This document shows positions 1-7,394 of a stretch of DNA of 64,000 nucleotides, piece after piece. Every line of letters starts with the position of its first letter. Positions within the stretch are counted from its first letter, which is position 1. The stretch is taken from the NCBI GenBank assembly GCA_964510105.1, contig CAZEAI010000003.1, positions 31,805-95,804 of the forward strand, given 5' to 3'. Source of the DNA: an uncultured bacterium (GTDB taxonomy: Bacteria > Latescibacterota > MWCZ01). Both the position numbers and the translations under genes were made by a program. The notes beneath the pieces are model-generated. The model had not been told where the DNA came from. It worked only from the letters and a program-made list of their open reading frames with translations, and did no database searches.

Positions 1-586
1 GCCGTTGTTCGGGAAGCACAATGTCGCCAACGCCGTCTCTGCGGCAGCGCTGGCGAATCACGTCGGTCTGTCGCTGGACGAAATCGCCGCCGGGCTGGAG
101 TCGTTCGCTGGCGTGCGCCGCCGGCTACAGCGGCTGCCCTCGCGGGAGGGGCTGGTCATCTACGACGACTTCGCCCACCACCCCACCGCGATCGACGCGA
201 CAATGCGAGCGGTGAGGGCGGCGCATCCGGATCGCCGCGTCTGGGCTGTGTTCGAGCCGAGATCGAACACGACGGTGCGGAGTGCGTTCCAGGCCGAACT
301 AGCGCAAGCGCTCTCGCTGGCGGACGTGGTGCTGCTCGGCGGAATTCACCGGCGCGACAGCATCCCGACGGAGCAGCGGCTCGACATAGAGCAGCTTCTG
401 CGCGACATTTCGTCAGCGGGAAGCACGGCAACGCAATTCGACGACGTTGACGAGATCGTCGAATACGCCGTCGGCAACTCCCGCGACGGTGACGTAATCA
501 CGATCATGAGCAACGGTGCATTCGGCGGGCTGGCGAAGAAGCTGCCCGCGGCAACCATGGATTCGCCCGGCTCCGGCCCGGCCTGA
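1..586 (+). CDS. Mur ligase family C-terminal domain (Mpl-like UDP-N-acetylmuramate:tripeptide ligase); 5' end truncated by the window edge
   Basis: The ORF runs off the window start. The YDDFAHHPTAI motif and surrounding Mur-ligase C-domain residues are typical of Mpl/MurC. Confidence 0.6.
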   Translation, partial: PLFGKHNVANAVSAAALANHVGLSLDEIAAGLESFAGVRRRLQRLPSREGLVIYDDFAHHPTAIDATMRAVRAAHPDRRVWAVFEPRSNTTVRSAFQAELAQALSLADVVLLGGIHRRDSIPTEQRLDIEQLLRDISSAGSTATQFDDVDEIVEYAVGNSRDGDVITIMSNGAFGGLAKKLPAATMDSPGSGPA

Positions 587-605
587 AGAACGACGAGAGG
601 ACCGC

Positions 606-1094
606 ATGTTGGAGCCGGATCGCTGGACAATCGCCGAGCGCTACATGGTGCGCCACCACCTCACGCATCTGCTCTGGTGGGCTATAGGCTTCGTCAGCGC
701 CGTGATACTCGCGCTTGGACTGGCGCTCGCGCTGACTACGATCGGCACGACGGCCGCGAACGCGTCGTCCACGTATCTCTGGTACGGGGCCTTCGTTCTG
801 ACACCCCTTATCACCGGTGCGTCGTTCGTGACGAAGGATGCACTCCTCGCGCGCGCCATCGGCGACTGGAAACTATTCCGCCTCGTGACGCACTACAAGA
901 ACGCGCTCGTCTCAACGTACGTGTTGTGCCTGATCGCGGGGTTGTTGCCGTGCATCGTGGCAGTGGCATCCGGGTCGTTCAGCTATCCGCTACTGGTCGA
1001 GCTGGTACCGTTGGGCGCCATGCTGGTCCATTTCCCCCACGACGATCGCTTCCAGTTCTACGTGGAGGACGTCCTGCACGCAGCGTCCGCCTGA
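606..1094 (+). CDS. hypothetical integral membrane protein
   Basis: ATG at 606 (MLEPDRW...) gives an ORF with several hydrophobic helices (WWAIGFVSAVILALGLALAL, LCLIAGLLPCIVAVASG). No recognisable domain. Confidence 0.4.
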   Translation: MLEPDRWTIAERYMVRHHLTHLLWWAIGFVSAVILALGLALALTTIGTTAANASSTYLWYGAFVLTPLITGASFVTKDALLARAIGDWKLFRLVTHYKNALVSTYVLCLIAGLLPCIVAVASGSFSYPLLVELVPLGAMLVHFPHDDRFQFYVEDVLHAASA

Positions 1095-1124
1095 CCGGCA
1101 AGCACCACATTGGCCCGCCGGCCG

Positions 1125-2330
1125 TCAGTCGCGATGGCCAACCGCTATCACGAACCTGCCGGTGCCGCGCTCACCCACGGTATCCATCGTCACACGGGAG
1201 AGCCCCGCGTTGGAGAACCATGTCTCCAACTGTGCTGCCGTGAGGCCCGTGTCCGCGTTCTTTCCCGATTTGAGTGCGTCGCAGACCACGATCCGTCCTC
1301 CGCGCCGTAACGTGCGGACGACGTTGGCGACTGCATCATCGGGCCGCTCCACGAGCCGCAGAACGAGCGAGCAGAACGCAACGTCGATGGAATCCCGACG
1401 CACGGGCAGCGCGAGCAGATCGCCGAACTCCATGAGCACGTTGCGCGAGCCGCTCGACGCGACACGCTCCTTCGCGACCTTGAGCATCGGAAGCGAGCGA
1501 TCGATTCCCACGACGCGGCGCACTCTCGGCGCGACGTGCATCGCGACGATGCCGGTACCGGTGCCCACGTCGAGCGCGTTCTCGTCCGAGCCGAGGCGTG
1601 CCCGGGCGGCAACGGCGGCATCGAGTTCCGACGGCACACTCGACGTGCGGATGCGATCCCACTTCCCGGCAATCCGCGCAAACAGGTCGTGAGCACGGCG
1701 TTCCACCGCGTCGCCAAGATCCAGCGGCGGCGTCAGCGGATCGACCGAGTCCAGCACATCGTCCACCGACCCGGCCTCGCCAAGCGCACGGAGCCATGCC
1801 GGCGCGACCGCGAGGAGGTACCGCCGCTTGAAGGTTGTGCGGGCGCGGTGCAGAAGCGACGTCACAGCGGATTCGCTGAGATCGAGTTCGCGTCCAGCCT
1901 CGGCGTAGGAGCGCCCTTCAGCGTCGCACAGCTCGATGACGCGGGCGTGCCTCGGGTTGAGCGACGCGAGAACCGACATGATCCGGTCGGCCTCTTGAGC
2001 TTGTCCGACGACTTCCGCCGGTGACGGGCCGGTCGCCGCGGGATCGATGGCATCGACCGTAACCGACGCGCGAAACCGCACTTGCCCGCTTGCGACGTGA
2101 TTCAGCGCGAGGCGACGCGCCACGGTTGTGAGCCAGCCGCCCAGGCTGAAGCCGTCCGCGTCGAATGGACGATGCTCCATGTAGCGGATCCAGACATCCT
2201 GGCACACGTCCCTGGCGGCCTCCGCATCCCGCACGATGGGCATCACGACACGGAACATCCGTTCATTCCACGCGTTCACGTCATCGGGCAGACCGGTCAC
2301 CGCATCCTCATGACTGACAGGTTCGAGCAT
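1125..2330 (-). CDS. ECF-type sigma-70 factor fused to a C-terminal class I SAM-dependent methyltransferase domain
   Basis: N-terminal sigma region 2 (DVCQDVWIRYMEH...WLTTVARRLALNH) and region 4 HTH (RVIELCDAEGRSYAEAGRELDLSESAVTSLLHRARTTFKRRY). C-terminal Rossmann MTase motif I (LDVGTGTGIVAMHVA) and post-I/II elements (VVGIDRS...IDVAFCSLVL...LRRGGRIVVCD). Confidence 0.7.
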   Translation of the reverse strand: MLEPVSHEDAVTGLPDDVNAWNERMFRVVMPIVRDAEAARDVCQDVWIRYMEHRPFDADGFSLGGWLTTVARRLALNHVASGQVRFRASVTVDAIDPAATGPSPAEVVGQAQEADRIMSVLASLNPRHARVIELCDAEGRSYAEAGRELDLSESAVTSLLHRARTTFKRRYLLAVAPAWLRALGEAGSVDDVLDSVDPLTPPLDLGDAVERRAHDLFARIAGKWDRIRTSSVPSELDAAVAARARLGSDENALDVGTGTGIVAMHVAPRVRRVVGIDRSLPMLKVAKERVASSGSRNVLMEFGDLLALPVRRDSIDVAFCSLVLRLVERPDDAVANVVRTLRRGGRIVVCDALKSGKNADTGLTAAQLETWFSNAGLSRVTMDTVGERGTGRFVIAVGHRD

Positions 2331-2499
2331 TGATCCGCACGGGCACTCGGCTGAACATTAGATGTACGCAAGAACAGTTCTGGTGGGCTGCCCTTCCGGG
2401 GCTATGGCTTCACGCACCTAAGATAACGCACCGCGATTGGGCAACAACGACCCAGCGACCGCGATCGGTCGGCGGAGATGGGACATCGGACACACCCCC

Positions 2500-3462
2500 A
2501 TGACACACACCGCCGGTATGCCCCGCGGATGGGCCGTTCGAGTTCCGGCCACCGCCGCGAACCTCGGCCCGGGGTTCGACTGTTTCGGTCTTGCGTTCGC
2601 GCGGTACCTGACACTCTCGGCGACGGTAGCCACCGACGATGACGGTGATTTCGTCGCCCGCATCGAAGGCGAAGGCGCCTCGGCGCTGCCCACGGACAAG
2701 TCCAACCTCATATACCGTGCGATGCTCGCCGGCTTTGGCGGCGACGGATCGGATGTCCCGGCTCTGAGCATCTCCGTGGAAAACGACATACCGCTATCGC
2801 GTGGGTTGGGCTCCAGCGCCGCCGCGACCGTGGCGGGCATCGCGATCGGGCAATTGCTCTCGATGGGCAAGGTCGAGTTGGAGCGCCTGGTCGATATCGC
2901 GGCCCACATCGAGGGACACGCCGACAACGTCGCCGCTGCGGCGTACGGTGGACTCATCGTCGCACGCGGTGAGGCCGGCAGCCCGATACAGGTCAGGCAC
3001 GTTCCGACAGCTCCGGGAGCGACCTTCGTCTGCGCTGTGCCGGCGTTCGAGTTGAGCACTAGCGACGCGAGGCATATCCTCCCAACGGAGGTCTCGCTCG
3101 CCGACGCGGTGTTCAACCTGCGGGCCGCGTCATGGATGGTCGCCGCCTGGGCCGCCGGAGACTGGCCGTCCGTTGCCGAGGCTATGGATGACCGGCTCCA
3201 CGAAGCCCACCGCACGCCGCTCATACACGGCTTCGACGCCGTTCGGAGCGCAGCGCGAGAGGCCGGCGCTCTCGGCGTGTGCGTTGCCGGATCGGGTCCG
3301 ACTCTGCTCGCGTTGACTCTCGGCGATTCCGACGCGGTCGCGAACGCGATGGTCCGAGCGTGGTCCGAGCGCGGGATCGAGTGCACGGCGGGCGTCGCAT
3401 CGGTGGATACGGATGGAATACTCGTCACAGAGCTTGGGTTGGAAGGGCGTTCACATGAATGA
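2500..3462 (+). CDS. thrB: homoserine kinase (GHMP kinase family)
   Basis: VRVPATAANLGPGFDCFGLA N-terminal motif and GHMP ATP loop (PLSRGLGSSAAATVAGIA). Length about 320 aa from the internal ATG at 2500. Confidence 0.8.
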   Translation: MTHTAGMPRGWAVRVPATAANLGPGFDCFGLAFARYLTLSATVATDDDGDFVARIEGEGASALPTDKSNLIYRAMLAGFGGDGSDVPALSISVENDIPLSRGLGSSAAATVAGIAIGQLLSMGKVELERLVDIAAHIEGHADNVAAAAYGGLIVARGEAGSPIQVRHVPTAPGATFVCAVPAFELSTSDARHILPTEVSLADAVFNLRAASWMVAAWAAGDWPSVAEAMDDRLHEAHRTPLIHGFDAVRSAAREAGALGVCVAGSGPTLLALTLGDSDAVANAMVRAWSERGIECTAGVASVDTDGILVTELGLEGRSHE

Positions 3463-3700
3463 TGGAAGTCGACGGGCAAGCGGCGCTCCCAGGCAATCGG
3501 ACGATCCGCCGAAAGGACTCGCGCCGGGTGAGTGGTGGGAATGGATTGCCATCTTCCTGGCCATCGCGGCACTCTGGCCCTGGATCCTGGGGTGGGAGAG
3601 CATCATCTGGGACATCGTTCTGTTTGGAGCCCTGGCCGCGATGGTAGTGGTGTTCATCCGGCGCTCCCGCCGAATGCGTCAAGCGTGGCGAGATGATTGA
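3455..3700 (+). CDS. small hypothetical membrane protein
   Basis: Short ORF with two hydrophobic helices (WEWIAIFLAIAALWPWILGW, IVLFGALAAMVVVFI). No homology recognised. Could be spurious. Confidence 0.3.
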   Translation: MNDGSRRASGAPRQSDDPPKGLAPGEWWEWIAIFLAIAALWPWILGWESIIWDIVLFGALAAMVVVFIRRSRRMRQAWRDD

Positions 3701-3742
3701 CGCAACGCCGTTGGCGATGCGCATGTACGCCCGGGACAGGCG

Positions 3743-5860
3743 TTGATGGAATCGGACTGGACGCTGTCGTTTCGAGCGTACGCGCCGCTCTGGTTCTCTC
3801 TCGTATGCGTCGTCGCGGCGGTCGCATGGTACGCGTATCGCGAAACAGTCCCCCCCGTTCCTGCTCGGACTCGCAGAATACTCCTCGCACTCCGCCTGAG
3901 CGCGATCGCCGCCATGGCGGTTGTCGCCCTGGGGCCCCGACTCGTTACGACAGGACTGCACGCACGTAGCCCGCGGCTGAGCATCCTCGTGGACCGCAGC
4001 GAGAGCATGTCGTTCACCGACGCCCTCGGAAGCCGCCGAGACGCCGTCGTCGCCTTGAACGCAACGCCAAGCATGGAACGTCTCCGCGAGCGGGCGGAGA
4101 CTCGATCCGTCTCCTTCGCTCGAAACGCCACGCCGTTTGACGACCAGCTACCCGCATTCGACGGCGACGCGACAGCGATAGGCGATGCCCTCCTCAGCAT
4201 GCGCCGACGGATGCCCCCACCGGACCGCGTGGTACTCATCACCGACGGAGTCAGCAATACCGGGCCCGATCCCGTGCGCGCTGCCGCCGAAGCCGGATTG
4301 CCCGTGACCGCGATCGGAGTGGGAAGCGACCTACCTCAGCGCGATGTCCGTATCGCGGGAGTCTCCACGCCGGAGATCGCGCTTGCCGGGAAACCAGCGA
4401 CACTCACCGCAACCGTGGAGAACACTGGCACGCCGGGCCGGACCGTCGCGTTGCGCGCCATAGTGGCAGGCAGAACCGTCGCACGTCGCGAGTTACGCCT
4501 CCCGGCCAACGGCCTGCGAATCGACGTGGAACTCGAACTGCCTCCGGCGTCGCCGGGCGTCCTGACAGGCCTGGTCGAGGTCGACGCGGTACCGGACGAG
4601 ATCGTCACGGAGAACAACAAGCGCCCGTTCTCGTTGGAGGTGCTCAAGGCCGAGCGCCGTGTGCTGGTGCTCGCCGGAGCGCCCAGCGCCGACCTCGCAT
4701 TCCTGCTCAGGCTCCTCGCAAGGCGCAACGGCACCCGCGTCCGGCTCTGGATGCCGCCACATAGATCACATCGGGACGGGCCTGCGCCGCTGGACCCCGA
4801 CAGCCTGGCGGATACGGACCTCGTGATCTTGCACGAACTGCCGGAGAGAGCGCTTGCCGCGCGGGAGCTTCAGTCGCTTACCGACGCCGTCGGCGACGGA
4901 GCCGGGCTGCTCGTCATACCGGGGCGCTCGCCCATCCCCGCGATGATCGCGGCGATTCTGCCGGTGGAGCTGAATCGCTCCCGGCCTCTCGAGCTTGAGC
5001 TGTCAACGCGCATCTCGACGGGGCTGGAGCGCCACCCCGCATTCGCGGACGACCCGGAATTCTCGCGATGGGCGCTCGACTGGAACGCCCTCCCACCGTT
5101 GCTGGCGGCAACGGTCGGCGCCACCGTCCGACCGGGCGGGTCCGAGCTACTTGCGAGCGAGAACGGAACGATCGCCGCCACCGGCAGGCATGGCGCGGGA
5201 CGGGTCGGGACGTTTCTCGGGCGCACGCACTGGCGTTGGGAGACGATCCCGGCGGGCATGGGTTCGCCACAGTCGCCCGCGGTTGGATTCTGGCAGGCGT
5301 TGGCCCGCTGGCTCGCCACCCGCGAGCCGGTGAGCCGTGTCCGACTGCAGAGCGACCAGGCGCACTACCGCCTTGGCGAGCCGGTCCGACTGCTCGCGCA
5401 CGTGTTCGATGACGAACACTCGCCGCTCAGCGACGCGACGGTTCGGATCGACGTGGACAACGGCGCCATGACGGCGTCCGCCGACGCTCGCCGCCGGGGC
5501 AGATACGGCGCGGAGTTTCTCGGGCTGACACCGGGCGAACACAGCGCGATCGCCGAGGCCAGGAACGGCAGCGGCTCCCTCGGCACGGCGACTGTGGAAT
5601 TCTCGGTGTCGGCCGGCGGCCTGGAACATGAGGAAACCCGCCAGCGCCGCGATGTTCTTGAGCGGATCGCGGCGGCGACGGGTGGAGACTACGCGCCTGT
5701 CGCATCCGCCGACAGCCTGCTTGCAGCGATGCAACTCGACGAGATACTCGAACCGCGCGAACGGCGCATCGATATTGGGGCGTCACCATGGCTGCTCTTC
5801 TTCATCATCGCGACGCTGACGGCAGAGTGGATCGTCCGGCGCACGCGTGGCCTGCTCTAG
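3743..5860 (+). CDS. von Willebrand factor type A domain membrane protein (BatA-like, N-terminal double-TM anchor)
   Basis: Two N-terminal TM helices followed by a vWA MIDAS motif (LSILVDRSESM) and a C-terminal TM helix (WLLFFIIATLTAEWIV). Full-length 705-aa ORF. Confidence 0.6.
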   Translation: MMESDWTLSFRAYAPLWFSLVCVVAAVAWYAYRETVPPVPARTRRILLALRLSAIAAMAVVALGPRLVTTGLHARSPRLSILVDRSESMSFTDALGSRRDAVVALNATPSMERLRERAETRSVSFARNATPFDDQLPAFDGDATAIGDALLSMRRRMPPPDRVVLITDGVSNTGPDPVRAAAEAGLPVTAIGVGSDLPQRDVRIAGVSTPEIALAGKPATLTATVENTGTPGRTVALRAIVAGRTVARRELRLPANGLRIDVELELPPASPGVLTGLVEVDAVPDEIVTENNKRPFSLEVLKAERRVLVLAGAPSADLAFLLRLLARRNGTRVRLWMPPHRSHRDGPAPLDPDSLADTDLVILHELPERALAARELQSLTDAVGDGAGLLVIPGRSPIPAMIAAILPVELNRSRPLELELSTRISTGLERHPAFADDPEFSRWALDWNALPPLLAATVGATVRPGGSELLASENGTIAATGRHGAGRVGTFLGRTHWRWETIPAGMGSPQSPAVGFWQALARWLATREPVSRVRLQSDQAHYRLGEPVRLLAHVFDDEHSPLSDATVRIDVDNGAMTASADARRRGRYGAEFLGLTPGEHSAIAEARNGSGSLGTATVEFSVSAGGLEHEETRQRRDVLERIAAATGGDYAPVASADSLLAAMQLDEILEPRERRIDIGASPWLLFFIIATLTAEWIVRRTRGLL

Positions 5861-6720
5861 CGGCGGCAGCGCTCCTCATCGTCGGAGCCGCGCGCCCGGA
5901 CGTGCTCATCACGGAGATCATGGCGAATCCCGCCGGCGACGAACACACGGGCGAATGGGTCGAATTGTACAATACAGGGACCCGTTACGCCTATATCGCG
6001 CGCTGGTTCATCGGTGTCCAGCACGCGGACACGGTCTACTCCGACGCAGTACACCGCGTCGGCACGCATCAATGGGTCGCGCCCGGCGGATACGCGGTTG
6101 TCGTCGACCCGGGTTGCGCCACGGAGGGCGGGCTCTGTCTGGACGTGCCGGACAGCGTGACGGTATTCACCATCGAGAGCGCCGGCTTCGGCAGATACGG
6201 TATCACGAACGACGGTGGCACGATTCGCCTCACGGGTTGGACTGTGCATGACGTCCAGAATCCAGAGGACGAAGTCACGTACCCGGGCTCGGCCGTCGTC
6301 GAGGGATTCTCCGTCGAGCGCATCGACTTCTCACGCAGCGGGCTGGAGCCGGACAACTGGCGCACGTCCCACGTCCCTGGCGGCACTCCCGGCGCACCGA
6401 ACCATGTTGGCCGCGAACTGCCGGCGAAGGTCGTCCTGCGGATCGGGCCCGACATCCCGACAGACCACGTCACCATCGCCGTGGAGCTGCCGGCCGCGCC
6501 GGTACAGCTCACGGTGAACGTCTTCGACCGGCACGGACGCCGCGTGCGGCGTATCGTCGACGGCACACAGCAGACAGCCGTCGTGGCGCTCGTCTGGGAC
6601 GGGCGTGACGAGCGCGGGACGCCGGTATCGACGGGGCCCTACATCGTGCGCGTCGAGGCTGTCGGGACGGAAACGTCGCAGACTTTCCGAGCGACGAAAC
6701 GGGCCATTATCGCACGATAA
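5827..6720 (+). CDS. lamin-tail-domain (LTD) protein with C-terminal FlgD-Ig/T9SS-type beta-sandwich sorting-like domain
   Basis: LTD signature (ITEIMANPAGDEHTGEWVELYNTG). C-terminal segment VNVFDRHGRRVRRIVDG...WDGRDERGTPVSTGPYIVRVEA resembles the FlgD Ig-like / type-A CTD fold. The start is uncertain: ATG 5788 or in-frame GTG 5827 preceding a signal-peptide-like stretch. It overlaps the upstream gene. Confidence 0.55.
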   Translation: MDRPAHAWPALAAAALLIVGAARPDVLITEIMANPAGDEHTGEWVELYNTGTRYAYIARWFIGVQHADTVYSDAVHRVGTHQWVAPGGYAVVVDPGCATEGGLCLDVPDSVTVFTIESAGFGRYGITNDGGTIRLTGWTVHDVQNPEDEVTYPGSAVVEGFSVERIDFSRSGLEPDNWRTSHVPGGTPGAPNHVGRELPAKVVLRIGPDIPTDHVTIAVELPAAPVQLTVNVFDRHGRRVRRIVDGTQQTAVVALVWDGRDERGTPVSTGPYIVRVEAVGTETSQTFRATKRAIIAR

Positions 6721-6786
6721 CAACACTGGAAACCCAACTCCGATACAAGCGATGAACGAGTCAGCGGGAGACCGAAGGAGAGACAC

Positions 6787-7206
6787 ATGGCGATCCCCAT
6801 GCACTACGAGACAAGCTTCGCCTGGAGCGGCGCGGATGAGCACGGGAACATTGCGTTCAAGGCGCTCGAACACCCGACGGGTTCGCCGGGCGACTCGGAT
6901 CGGCTCGACCCGGAGCATATGCTGCTCGGCGCGGCGGAAATCTGCCTATTCAACACGTTCGCGGCGATTGCGGCCAACTCGAATCTGACGATCGCCGGGT
7001 ACAGCTCCTCCGCGAGCGGCGAGCTGTCGTTCACGAAGGGGGAGGGTTACCGGTTCGAGTCGATCACCGTGAAGCCGACGGTGACCGTCGCCGAAGCCGA
7101 CCTCCGCAAGGCGGGGCGCATCCTGGAGAAAGCGCACTCGGCGTGCCTCATCACACGATCGCTGTCGTGCGAGGCCACGATGGAAGCCGAGTGGGTTACG
7201 CAGTAG
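6787..7206 (+). CDS. OsmC/Ohr family peroxiredoxin-like protein
   Basis: 139-aa protein of OsmC-family size and pattern, including the conserved Cys-containing segments (EICLFNTF, AHSACLITRSL). Confidence 0.75.
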   Translation: MAIPMHYETSFAWSGADEHGNIAFKALEHPTGSPGDSDRLDPEHMLLGAAEICLFNTFAAIAANSNLTIAGYSSSASGELSFTKGEGYRFESITVKPTVTVAEADLRKAGRILEKAHSACLITRSLSCEATMEAEWVTQ

Positions 7207-7262
7207 TGCCTGCCTGCACAGGAAAGCGTCACTATCAGAATGCCTCGCAATGAATCTTCGAT

Positions 7263-7335
7263 GTCATTCTGAGCGCAGCGAAGAATCGTTCCTGTGCTGA
7301 GGATGTTAGAGATTCCTCACTTCGTTCTGAATGAC
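7263..7335. repeat. low-GC imperfect inverted-repeat element (possible dispersed small repeat or structured RNA) in the intergenic spacer
   Basis: GTCATTCTGAGCG...CGTTCTGAATGAC outer arms with nested CGAAGAATC / GATT..CTTCG arms. Local GC is clearly below that of the surrounding sequence. Confidence 0.3.
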
Positions 7336-7394
7336 GGCGTCCTGACGTAGTCTGAGGAACGCTGATATGCTCGGTACTACCGGCGCATTCGAAG

